A stretch of 64,000 nucleotides of DNA from NCBI GenBank assembly GCA_040387635.1, contig JAZKDJ010000001.1, forward strand, positions 51,851-115,850. Reading direction: 5' to 3'. The notes under the pieces are model-generated. The model saw only the letters and a list, made by a program, of their open reading frames with translations. It was not told the DNA's origin and did not search any database. The stretch is from Patescibacteria group bacterium (lineage in GTDB: Bacteria; Patescibacteriota; Minisyncoccia; Phycocordibacterales; PALSA-1337). Below are positions 36,745 to 45,457 of the stretch, piece by piece (position 1 is the stretch's first letter; every line of letters begins with the position of its first letter). Position numbers and translations under genes: made by a program.

Positions 36745-36750
36745 CTGTAA

Positions 36751-37998
36751 TTACATGAACTTAATCTGGTCGAAAGGTTTTTTATCAACCTCTCCGCTCT
36801 TCCTGTGTTTAACCTCAACTACTCCCTCAGCCATTGTCTTGGCGCTTACAACAATTCTCATTGGAATTCCGATTAGATCGCTGTCAGCAAATTTTTCTCC
36901 AGGTCTCTCATCTCGATCATCGTACAAAACTGTGATTCCCTTTGCCTTAAGATTTTCATACACTGACTCAGCTTCGCCCTTAACCTTCCCTTCCTTGTCG
37001 AATAGAGCCACGAGGTGAACCTTGAATGGCGCGATAGATTCAGGCCAAACAATTCCCTTCTCATCTGACAATACCTCAACCACAGTGCCCATGAGCCTTC
37101 CTAGGCCTATTCCATAGCTGCCCATATAGATTGTTTGTTCAACACCAGTCTCATCCTTAACTTTGAAATCCAGTGCATCAGGATATCGAGTACCTAATGG
37201 GAAAATGTTTCCAGTCTCAATTGATTTCTTCTCAACTAAGTCTGCCTTGTTTAGTCCAAACTTCTTGAGTGTCTCGTCATCGTAAACTTCTTTGTTTATG
37301 GCGACCTTCTTTTTTTCATCAACGTAGATAATGTCTTCACCAACTTCAGAAAGCGTCTGGAATTCATCCGTAAGGCCAGTTGTGAAAGCTCCTCCCGCAG
37401 CTGTTGTTCTGTATGTAATATCTCCAAGACCAACTCTTTTGAAGACTCGAAGATACGCTTCAGCGCACTTCTCATAGAATTCTTTGAACTCAGCTTCAGA
37501 CCTGCTGAATGAATACATATCTTTCATCAAGAATTCTCGAGCACGCATCATTCCGCTCTTAGCTCGGAGCTCATTCCTAAACTTTGTCTGGAATTGATAC
37601 ACATACAAAGGTAGATCCTTGTATGAATTAACATAGTGCTTGAGAAGCATTGTCGTTGGCTCTTCATGCGTGTTTGCAATTCCAACTTCTGCACCAGCAG
37701 CGAGAGTAGATTTAAACCAGTTATCGATTACCTTGTCATCCCATCTTCCTGTTTTCTCCCACACAGCCTTGTCCTGAAGCGTGGTCATAAGAATCTCCTG
37801 GCCTCCGATAGCGTTCATTTCCTCTCTGATGATGGCTTCGATTTTTCTGAGGACAATCAAACCTAATGGCAAATAGTCGTAGACACCAGCCATTTCCTTG
37901 TTAATAAAACCTGCACGAATAAGAAGTTCCGCGTTTTTGGAAACCTCGTCTTTTGGCGCCTCCTTACGCGTCTTTGTGAAGAGATGGGATTGTTTCAT
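36751..37998 (-). CDS. proS: Proline--tRNA ligase, bacterial-type without INS editing domain (415 aa)
   Basis: MKQSHLFTKTRKEAP..., class II motifs (FRNELRAKSGMMRAREFLMKD, GSYGIGLGRL), and an anticodon-binding C-terminus. Confidence 0.9.
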   Translation of the reverse strand: MKQSHLFTKTRKEAPKDEVSKNAELLIRAGFINKEMAGVYDYLPLGLIVLRKIEAIIREEMNAIGGQEILMTTLQDKAVWEKTGRWDDKVIDNWFKSTLAAGAEVGIANTHEEPTTMLLKHYVNSYKDLPLYVYQFQTKFRNELRAKSGMMRAREFLMKDMYSFSRSEAEFKEFYEKCAEAYLRVFKRVGLGDITYRTTAAGGAFTTGLTDEFQTLSEVGEDIIYVDEKKKVAINKEVYDDETLKKFGLNKADLVEKKSIETGNIFPLGTRYPDALDFKVKDETGVEQTIYMGSYGIGLGRLMGTVVEVLSDEKGIVWPESIAPFKVHLVALFDKEGKVKGEAESVYENLKAKGITVLYDDRDERPGEKFADSDLIGIPMRIVVSAKTMAEGVVEVKHRKSGEVDKKPFDQIKFM

Positions 37999-38018
37999 GG
38001 GGTTATCGTACAGGAAAT

Positions 38019-39158
38019 CTACTTTACAATCAATTTGACAATATCCCTATATGTGACAACAAGCATGAGGAGAATAAGGATTACGAAACCAACGGCATTA
38101 ACCGCGTTTGCGACAGAAGGCTTGATAGGCTTTCTAATAATCGATTCAATAATAACGAAGAGAAGTCGTCCTCCATCGAGAGCTGGAAATGGAACGAGGT
38201 TAAGTACTCCGAGGTTGATAGAGATTAGCGCAGTGAAGAGCATTAGATATGTAAATCCAAGTCTTGATGCATCCCCTACGAGTCCTGCGATTCCCACTGG
38301 TCCTGAGACAGCAGCCAAGCTCGCTGTACCATGGAACACGCCGTAGAGAAGATCATAGATTCCAACAGCTGTTGCCTTCATAAGATGCCAGGTCAATCTA
38401 GCTCCTTCCCAAACAGCGAGATGAACCGGAAGCTTCAAAATACCAACAGTGTCCATTGCAATTCCGATAGCGAATTTGCCTGGGACAATATTTTCTTCAG
38501 CTTTAATTGTGATGTCTTTCTCCTGTCCTTTGGTGAGTTCAGAATCACCTGATCCAAGTGCGTCAACAATCTTTACAGTAATTGGTTCTCCTTTGCTCTG
38601 AGCAATAACGTCTTGGATACCTGCGATTCCTACCGCTGATGCATCATATGTCGTTGTTCCTCGAGTGACTGACAGAAGCGTGTCTCCAATCTTAAGTCCT
38701 GCCTTGTCAGCTGGGCTTCCTGGAGAAACTGAAACAAAAGCGATATGAACATCATGTAGCTTGTCTCCGTACGAAGCATAATCATCTGCTGATGCAGGAA
38801 TACCTCCCATGAATCCAAGAGAGACGAGGAGCCATGCAAACAAGAAGTTGAAAACCACTCCAGCAACAAGCACCGCAGCCTGAATTGGCCGTGGTTTGTT
38901 CACGAAGCTTCTTGTCTTGTCTGGACCGTTTATTGAATCTTCGTCTGGATTTTCACCGAAGATCTTCACGAAACCTCCAAATGGAATGAGGTTGAGTGTA
39001 TATTCCGTCTGTCCAATTTTCTTGCCGTATATCTTTGGACCAAATCCCAATCCAAATTCATCCACTCTGATACCAGATTTTCGAGCCACAATGAAGTGTC
39101 CGAGCTCATGCACGAATATAAGTATGGCGAGAATTATTATAAAAAGGACTACTGTCAT
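38019..39158 (-). CDS. rseP: RIP metalloprotease RseP (site-2 protease)
   Basis: HELGHF zinc motif, PDZ (PADKAGLKIGD), and NLVPFPALDGG. Confidence 0.9.
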   Translation of the reverse strand: MTVVLFIIILAILIFVHELGHFIVARKSGIRVDEFGLGFGPKIYGKKIGQTEYTLNLIPFGGFVKIFGENPDEDSINGPDKTRSFVNKPRPIQAAVLVAGVVFNFLFAWLLVSLGFMGGIPASADDYASYGDKLHDVHIAFVSVSPGSPADKAGLKIGDTLLSVTRGTTTYDASAVGIAGIQDVIAQSKGEPITVKIVDALGSGDSELTKGQEKDITIKAEENIVPGKFAIGIAMDTVGILKLPVHLAVWEGARLTWHLMKATAVGIYDLLYGVFHGTASLAAVSGPVGIAGLVGDASRLGFTYLMLFTALISINLGVLNLVPFPALDGGRLLFVIIESIIRKPIKPSVANAVNAVGFVILILLMLVVTYRDIVKLIVK

Positions 39159-39195
39159 GTGTTGTGGGGTTGTTGGATATCTCTATCCAAGATTA

Positions 39196-39747
39196 TTAGC
39201 TTAGTATCTCCTTCTCCTTCTTCTGATACGCCTCTTCAAGCTTCTTGTTCGCTTCGTCTACGATTTTCTGAGCATCACCCTTTCCTTTGAAAACTTCGTC
39301 CTTACCAAGAGAACCATCTTTCTCCTTACCCTGAAGATCTTTCATAACATCATCTCGATGGCCTCGTATCTGTTTCTTTGCTTCTTCGAGCTTCTCTTTA
39401 GCGATCTTAGTAATCTGAATTCGTCGCTCTTCAGTAAGCTCAGGAAAATTTACTCGGAGGCCTTTGTCATCAATAGATACAGACACGCCAAGGTTAGCGA
39501 CCATAATCGCCTTCTCAATCTCTTTGACCAGCGTAAGGTCCCATGGAGCGATTCGAATTGATCGTGGACCTTCGATAGCTACGCTTCCTACCTGAGAAAC
39601 AGGCACATGTGAGCCGTATGACTCGACTTTGACTGCATCGAGAATTGCTGGAGATGCCTGACCGGTTCTGATTGTCTGAAATTCCTTCTTGAGCCACTCC
39701 TCCGCTCCGCCAATGCTCTTCTTAAATTTGGAAAAATCGTATGCCAT
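39196..39747 (-). CDS. frr: Ribosome recycling factor
   Basis: 183 aa, with LDAVKVESYGSHVPVSQVGSV...LTEERR. Confidence 0.9.
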   Translation of the reverse strand: MAYDFSKFKKSIGGAEEWLKKEFQTIRTGQASPAILDAVKVESYGSHVPVSQVGSVAIEGPRSIRIAPWDLTLVKEIEKAIMVANLGVSVSIDDKGLRVNFPELTEERRIQITKIAKEKLEEAKKQIRGHRDDVMKDLQGKEKDGSLGKDEVFKGKGDAQKIVDEANKKLEEAYQKKEKEILS

Positions 39748-39791
39748 ATATGAGTGTTGTGGGTTTTAATATCTTAAAGTGTTGCTATATC

Positions 39792-40523
39792 TTATAACGC
39801 CAAGCCCACATATTCAAGGAGCATCTTTACTGAGGATGACCTATCGAACATGTATTGCTCAGCGCGGAGTATGGCTCTCAAAGCCCTTATCTTTCTATCT
39901 GTATCTTTTACTTTCTTCTTCACAACTTTCTCGAGGGCACCAATGAAAAAGAGTAAATCCTGCTTCCCTAGCTTATCGCTCTCGTATTCCTTGATGAGAC
40001 CCTCGATTATTTTCATCCTCGTTCCAACAGAGGCTTCAACGCATGTATTCGCCTTCACCAAAAGCTCTTTGTCTGAAATTGTTTTTTCCTTCACTGATCC
40101 CTCGCGCTCAATCTGAGCATTATCAGATGAATAGTTTATGTAGTGGAAACGTGATCGAAGTGTTGGAAGTAAACGTTCAACAGACGAAACAATCAAGAAA
40201 AACGTATGACCAGCATGCGTATCTTCAAAAAGCTTGAGCAGCGCGTTCTGCGCTTCATGCGTTAAAGTCTCAGTGGTGATGATATAAATTCGCTCCCCAT
40301 CCGCAGAAAAGCTTTTGACTGAATGTAGCTCAGAAAGTTCTCGCGCGTTATCAATTCCCAATGATTCATACTTTCTTTTGACGATATCCGGCGATGAAGA
40401 TTCATATCCCGCGAGCTCGCTTACAAACTTCTCAATCTCAAATTCCAGAAGCTCAAGATCGCCATCCAAGAGAAAAGCATGGTGGGTATCGACTATGGGC
40501 GCGAGTATGAGCGAGAGTGACAT
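39792..40523 (-). CDS. holB: DNA polymerase III delta-prime-like clamp-loader subunit
   Basis: HAFLLDGD, AQNALLKLFED, and LLPTLRSRF (SRC-like). I trimmed the start to MSLSLIL. Confidence 0.65.
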   Translation of the reverse strand: MSLSLILAPIVDTHHAFLLDGDLELLEFEIEKFVSELAGYESSSPDIVKRKYESLGIDNARELSELHSVKSFSADGERIYIITTETLTHEAQNALLKLFEDTHAGHTFFLIVSSVERLLPTLRSRFHYINYSSDNAQIEREGSVKEKTISDKELLVKANTCVEASVGTRMKIIEGLIKEYESDKLGKQDLLFFIGALEKVVKKKVKDTDRKIRALRAILRAEQYMFDRSSSVKMLLEYVGLAL

Positions 40524-40600
40524 GGGTACATGATACCAAAAAGTGAACAAAAACAAACGCGTCGGCAAGCTGGCGCGTTGTGATCTTCAATTTTGGAGAC

Positions 40601-40885
40601 TCACTCCAAAACGATTTCAACCTGATGGGTTGCACCACTCTGCGAAACATCCGCAGCGTCAAGTGACGAGACCTTCGCACTCCATCCTCCCTCCTTAAAC
40701 GCTTCTGTTACACGGACTGACGCCTGAGGATGAGGGGTCAAATTATATTTTTTGGTGAACTTGTCACCCTTCTTGCGAGCTGATTCCTGAGCCCAGGCAT
40801 CAAACTCGCGCTCGATTTGGCTAATCACCTTAGCGAGCTCTTCCTCTGCGTTGAGCGTACTCAAAATGTCTTTTCTTTTAACCAC
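40601..40885 (-). CDS. Hypothetical protein (94 aa)
   Basis: A clean ORF in the host-type composition. I recognise no motif. Confidence 0.35.
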   Translation of the reverse strand: MVKRKDILSTLNAEEELAKVISQIEREFDAWAQESARKKGDKFTKKYNLTPHPQASVRVTEAFKEGGWSAKVSSLDAADVSQSGATHQVEIVLE

Positions 40886-40949
40886 AACAATACAAAAATT
40901 CTTGTTTTACACTACATCTCCCTTACTTCCAAGTCAAGAAATCCATTTC

Positions 40950-41975
40950 TTACTTTCTCTTCGAAATCACGCTCTTCTTATATACATCAAGATGATCAAG
41001 TGCGATACCAGTTCCCTTCACAACGCAGAATAGAGCGTCCTCTGCGAGCGTAGCTTTAACGCCTGTCCTTCGAAATACGAGTTCAGGAAAATTACGGAGC
41101 ATTGATGAGCCTCCTGTCATGATAATGCCACGATCGATAATATCTGAAGCGAGTTCAGGCGGTGTCTCTTGGAGCACGTCTCTGATGGCTTTGATCATCT
41201 CTCTAAGCTCTTTGCTTATCGCCTTAACAACTTCATTAGTTTTGATTTCGATAGAACGAGGAAGTCCTGAGATGGAGTCTCTTCCCTTCACCATCATTGA
41301 GAGCTCTTCCTCGAGAGGAATTGCAGATCCAATCTGAATCTTCATATCTTCTGCAGTCTTGTCACCGATCGCAAGGTTGAAAACTTTTTTCACGTAATCA
41401 GCAATGGCAGCATCAATCTTGTTGCCCGCACATTTTACTGAAGTAGACGCAACGATTCCTCCGAGCGAGATCACCGCAACGTCGACAGTTCCTCCTCCAA
41501 TGTCTACGATCATGTGACCCTTAGCTTCGTGAATAGGAATACCTGCACCAATAGCGGCAAGGATGGGCTCTTTGACCACGTAGGCATTTTTTGCACCCGC
41601 TTTGAGAGTTGCTTCAATAACGGCACGTCGTTCAGTAGAGGTAATTCCTGCAGGCACTGACACCATCACCTCAGGCTTGAAGATATTCCACTTGCCCATG
41701 GCTTTGTCGATAAAGTATCGAAGCATGGCTTCAGTCACTCTGTAGTCAGCAATAACACCATCCTTCATGGGTCTATAGGCAGTAATCGTGTCCGGAGTTC
41801 GGCCGATCATTGATTTCGCTTCGAGTCCGACAGCGAGCACCTGCTTGTCTTGAGAAATGGCAACAACGGAAGGCTCATTGAGAACAATTCCCTTACCTGG
41901 GAGGAATACGAGTGTATTCGCAGTACCCAAATCGATTCCCATTTTTTGCGAAAATAGTGCCATATGTGATGGCAC
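40950..41975 (-). CDS. mreB: MreB/Mbl-type actin homolog (copy 2)
   Basis: MGIDLGTANTLVFL, IVDIGGGTVDVAV and IIMTGGSSMLRNF. The true start may be an internal Met (MALFSQKMGIDLG). Confidence 0.9.
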   Translation of the reverse strand: MPSHMALFSQKMGIDLGTANTLVFLPGKGIVLNEPSVVAISQDKQVLAVGLEAKSMIGRTPDTITAYRPMKDGVIADYRVTEAMLRYFIDKAMGKWNIFKPEVMVSVPAGITSTERRAVIEATLKAGAKNAYVVKEPILAAIGAGIPIHEAKGHMIVDIGGGTVDVAVISLGGIVASTSVKCAGNKIDAAIADYVKKVFNLAIGDKTAEDMKIQIGSAIPLEEELSMMVKGRDSISGLPRSIEIKTNEVVKAISKELREMIKAIRDVLQETPPELASDIIDRGIIMTGGSSMLRNFPELVFRRTGVKATLAEDALFCVVKGTGIALDHLDVYKKSVISKRK

Positions 41976-42037
41976 TATACCATAGGTTTTTTGAAGGTTA
42001 AAGGAGTGATTCTTGATTTCCCAAAAGATTCCTTCGC

Positions 42038-43354
42038 CTATTTCGCCTTAACTCGTTCTATCTTCGCACCCAAAGCTTGGAGTCTTTTTTCAAGAGCTTC
42101 ATATCCTCGGTCGATGAGATGAATGTTACAAATTGTTGAGGTACCCTTTGCATTAAGTGCAGCGATGACCGTGGCAAAGCCAGCTCTAATATCAAATGCT
42201 TGGATAATCTCGTCATGAAGAGCGGTGAGCGGCTTGCCTCCTCGAATGAGAATCTCTCTCGGATTCATCACAGTAATATCAGAACCCATTCGAATCAAAT
42301 CTTGAGTGTATTTAAATCTACCTTCATAAATAGTTTCGAAGACCATACTCTCGCCTCCTGTCTGTGCAAGGAAAACTACTAATGGCGCTTGAACGTCTGT
42401 AGGAAAACCTGGATACTCGTGCGTCCTTACATTCATGCTCTTGAGCTTTGTAGAATCAATAGTGTTATCAAAAATCTTTACGTAGTCCTGACCAATCTCT
42501 AGCTTCACCCCACAGCTCTGAAGAAGTGACGTTACAGCCTCGAGGTGTGCAGGGTTACATGATGCGACAGTTAGTTCTTCAGCGCACACAGCTCCCAAGA
42601 AAAGAAAACTTGCTGCCTCAATCCTGTCTGGAATAGTGACAAACTCTTTACCCTTCGATTCGAGCAATCCTTGCGGACCAGCCCCAGTAATTCGAAGTGT
42701 CGTTGTACCGATACCCTCAATCTTTGCACCGCATGCGACAAGATACTCAGCGAGATTAACAATCTCAGGCTCAAGCGCGCAGTTCTTGAGAATTGTTGTT
42801 CCATGTGCAAGAACAGCAGCCATCATAAGGGTTTCAGTACCTCCTACAGTTTGGATTGGAAAAAATATCTCTGCAGCCTTGAGACCATCCTTAGGAGCCG
42901 TGATTACGAAGCTATCTTCAACGAGTTCTACCTTTGCACCCATCTTTTCGTATCCGCTCAAAAACAAATCAATAGGTCGAGTTCCAATAACGCATCCTCC
43001 TGGAGCTGGAAAAGTTACTCTTCCATATCGACCAAGCATAGGTCCCGTGAGAACTACTGACGCTCTCATGCTTTGTGCTAGATCATGATCAATGTCTGTA
43101 GATGTGATTGTAGACGCATTAAATTTTCCAGAGTGATCAGAGCCTAGTGATATAGTAGCGCCGATTTTGGTAAGGATCGTAGAGAGCTTCTTAACGTCAT
43201 CCGTGTTTGGAATATTTTTGATGGAAACTTCATCCCTAAAAAGAATTGAAGCGGGTATGGCTTTGAGAACGGCATTTTTAGCTCCGTTTATCGTAACAGT
43301 TCCCTTAAGCTTCTTCTCACCAGCCAAACCCTGAATTATGAAATTTTCTGACAT
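42038..43354 (-). CDS. murA: UDP-N-acetylglucosamine 1-carboxyvinyltransferase
   Basis: EPSP-synthase-like fold with the active-site loop PGGCVIGTRPIDL; 438 aa. Confidence 0.95.
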   Translation of the reverse strand: MSENFIIQGLAGEKKLKGTVTINGAKNAVLKAIPASILFRDEVSIKNIPNTDDVKKLSTILTKIGATISLGSDHSGKFNASTITSTDIDHDLAQSMRASVVLTGPMLGRYGRVTFPAPGGCVIGTRPIDLFLSGYEKMGAKVELVEDSFVITAPKDGLKAAEIFFPIQTVGGTETLMMAAVLAHGTTILKNCALEPEIVNLAEYLVACGAKIEGIGTTTLRITGAGPQGLLESKGKEFVTIPDRIEAASFLFLGAVCAEELTVASCNPAHLEAVTSLLQSCGVKLEIGQDYVKIFDNTIDSTKLKSMNVRTHEYPGFPTDVQAPLVVFLAQTGGESMVFETIYEGRFKYTQDLIRMGSDITVMNPREILIRGGKPLTALHDEIIQAFDIRAGFATVIAALNAKGTSTICNIHLIDRGYEALEKRLQALGAKIERVKAK

Positions 43355-43400
43355 AGGTGTAATTGTACAATAACCCTCAAAAAGACTGAAATCCTTAATT

Positions 43401-43430
43401 CAAAAGGCACCCTCTTGAGGGTGCCTTTTG
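43401..43430. terminator. Bidirectional terminator after rpmG
   Basis: CAAAAGGCACCCTC-ttg-AGGGTGCCTTTTG. Confidence 0.75.
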
Positions 43431-43446
43431 AATTTTCGATTCCGTC

Positions 43447-43626
43447 TTATTTCTTGGACTCCTTGAAAGCTACATGCTTTCGAAGCTTCTTGCTGAACTT
43501 TTTGAGCTCGATCTTTCGCTCAACCTTCTTGCGGTTCTTGCGGGTCCAGTAAACTTCGCCCGTCTGTTTGTTCTTAAGTTGTATGAGTTGGTCCTGTGAC
43601 ATGACTAAATTATTACGTTTGGACAT
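43447..43626 (-). CDS. rpmG: 50S ribosomal protein L33 (Cys-less form)
   Basis: MSKRNN...YWTRKNRKKVERKIELKKFSKKLRKHVAFKESKK. I trimmed the start from the TTG at 43653, which lies inside the upstream T-run. Confidence 0.85.
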   Translation of the reverse strand: MSKRNNLVMSQDQLIQLKNKQTGEVYWTRKNRKKVERKIELKKFSKKLRKHVAFKESKK

Positions 43627-43642
43627 TCTGGCATGGATATTC

Positions 43643-43687
43643 AAAAAAAACAAGGGCCAGTCTCGAACGTGAGTTCAAGACCGGCCC
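43643..43687 (-). terminator. Strong intrinsic terminator 17 nt upstream of the rpmG start codon
   Basis: On the minus strand: GGGCCGGTCT-loop-AGACTGGCCC (10 bp, one G-U pair) followed by TTGTTTTTTTT. Confidence 0.75.
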
Positions 43688-44031
43688 TACTGCTTTTCGC
43701 CCGTTAGGACGAAGCAGGAGCATAGATGCGCAAACGCACCCAAATCCGAAGTCGGACATCAAATCACCTCGAAGTCCTTAGGAAGGACTTTTGCTCCCTT
43801 ACGAGAACATGTAGGACGAAGCAAAGAGATGCCGACCGGTTCGCGTGTCCCGGAAGCCTCCTGAGACACGCAAATTCTGCAAAGTACTGGGGAAATTGCG
43901 GCGAATAGATGAACCCAACATCAGCTACTGCCGGAAGAGGACTGCAGTCCATTCAACAACACGTGTCGTATGACTCTGACGAGCGCAAATCCATGCACTC
44001 AATCAAACTGTACAATACACCTGCTGTCCTC
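43688..44031 (-). ncRNA. Candidate structured RNA of unknown class (about 380 nt including the terminator)
   Basis: This is a GC-rich tract with no credible ORF. A putative promoter lies on the minus strand: TTGACT (44061-44066), 17 nt, then TAGTCT (44038-44043). There are many local hairpins and an 11-nt repeat GCTTCGTCCTA. The 5' segment GGACAGCAGG (44020-44029) is complementary to both repeat copies. Confidence 0.45.
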
Positions 44032-44142
44032 AATAAAAGACTACTCCTAGCGCAGAACTTAGTCAATACAGGGCCATAATCCACACCTGAGTCAATATCT
44101 GGTTTCCAAGCCAGCCGTATTACAATTAACCTCAAGAATCCC

Positions 44143-45303
44143 ATGAAGCTTTTCATAAAAAATCTCATCCGACGTAATAGGCAGCCCAAGTATTCCCCTC
44201 TCATCGGTGTATATATTTCGAAGAGTGCGATTCTCCATAACTACGAACAGTTCAAAAAACTTTCAAACAAACCTGTAGCACCTGTACTCAAGAGCAATGC
44301 CTACGGCCACGGACTCATTGAAGTCGCTACCATCATTGAAGAAACAAAGCCTCCATTCATAGTTATTGATTCCCTCTTCGAAGCTCACGCGTTGCGGAAC
44401 AACGGTATCAAAAGCAAACTCTTCATTATCGGCTACACACGCCCTTCAGACATAAGCAAAGCAGCACTCCAAAACGTTTCATTCGCAATCACAAGCATTG
44501 AAGCCTTGAAAGAAATCTGCGAATACAAAAACCACAATATATCCATCCATCTCAAGATCGACACAGGCATGCATCGACAAGGCGTGCTCATAAATCAAGT
44601 AGATGAATGCATAGCGATGATCACATCCAGCAAGCATATTAGTCTCCAAGGCATCTGTTCCCACCTTGCCGATGCTGATACTGACAATAGTGCACACACT
44701 GAATCTCAGATCACAGCATGGAATTCTCTCGTCAAAAAGTTCAAAAGTTTATCATCCTCATTTCCTTCCCTTGTACATTTTCATGTAAGCAATTCAGCTG
44801 GCCATGCGCACGAGAAAAAAATAGACTCAACAGTCTCACGTCTCGGCATTGGACTATATGGTCTCGATTCAAGCGATACCATCAAAAAAGAAAACATTAT
44901 TCTCAAACCAGCGCTCACAATGAGCACTGTTATCAGCTCTGTAAAGACTTTGAAGAAGAATGGACTAGTTGGCTACAACGGCACCTTTGAAGCTCCGCAG
45001 GATTTAACGATCGCAACCATTCCTATGGGATATTTTGAAGGAATTGATCGCAGACTTTCAAGCAAAGGATTTGTGTATATCAAAAACACACCCTGCCCCA
45101 TCATTGGCCGGGTAAGCATGAACATCACTACTATAGATGTAAGCGCGGTTCCTAACGTTTCCCTCAATGACAATGTCGATGTGATAAGTCCTGACAATAC
45201 GCGACAAAACTCCATAGTAGCTATTGCTCGCCTATGCCAAACAATTCCCTATGAGATTGCCGTTCACATTCCTTCCCACTTGAGGAGGATCGTTACTGAA
45301 TAG
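44143..45303 (+). CDS. alr: Alanine racemase
   Basis: PLP-lysine motif APVLKSNAYGHG and a C-terminal beta-domain with GYNGTF...PMGYFEG. Confidence 0.9.
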   Translation: MKLFIKNLIRRNRQPKYSPLIGVYISKSAILHNYEQFKKLSNKPVAPVLKSNAYGHGLIEVATIIEETKPPFIVIDSLFEAHALRNNGIKSKLFIIGYTRPSDISKAALQNVSFAITSIEALKEICEYKNHNISIHLKIDTGMHRQGVLINQVDECIAMITSSKHISLQGICSHLADADTDNSAHTESQITAWNSLVKKFKSLSSSFPSLVHFHVSNSAGHAHEKKIDSTVSRLGIGLYGLDSSDTIKKENIILKPALTMSTVISSVKTLKKNGLVGYNGTFEAPQDLTIATIPMGYFEGIDRRLSSKGFVYIKNTPCPIIGRVSMNITTIDVSAVPNVSLNDNVDVISPDNTRQNSIVAIARLCQTIPYEIAVHIPSHLRRIVTE

Positions 45304-45313
45304 TTTCTTAAAG

Positions 45314-45397
45314 TGCGTCGGGTTGGATTCGAACCAACGAAGCCCAATGGGCGACAGATTTACAGTCTGTTGCGATAGACCACTCCGCCACCGACGC
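45314..45397 (-). tRNA. tRNA-Tyr (anticodon GUA), long variable arm
   Basis: Acceptor GCGTCGG/CCGACGC, anticodon loop CTGTAAA, T-arm GTTGG-TTCGAAT-CCAAC. Confidence 0.9.
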
Positions 45398-45457
45398 ATA
45401 TACTCGTGTTCAAATAGAACATGAGTATTCTAACAGCTTTTTTCCTTATTACAATCC

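Noticed and set aside
43643-44066. I tried to identify the structured RNA as RNase P RNA, tmRNA or SRP RNA.
   Set aside because: I searched by eye on both strands for GAGGAAAGUCC and ACAGAA..GGCUUA (RNase P), a GGUUCGA T-loop with an ACCA end and an Ala-rich tag ORF (tmRNA), and GGAA-tetraloop/AGCAGC (SRP). None was convincing. The nearest was AGCAAAAGTCC, in the wrong position. The class is left open and no name is asserted.
43764-44204. Two minus-strand ORFs (83 aa and 62 aa) are contiguous in one frame and separated by a single TGA. I considered a pseudogene or a selenoprotein.
   Set aside because: The upstream part overlaps the alr start. The composition is Cys/Arg/Leu-rich and unlike a protein. 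There is no SD and nothing resembling a SECIS hairpin right after the TGA. The dense RNA secondary structure is a better explanation.
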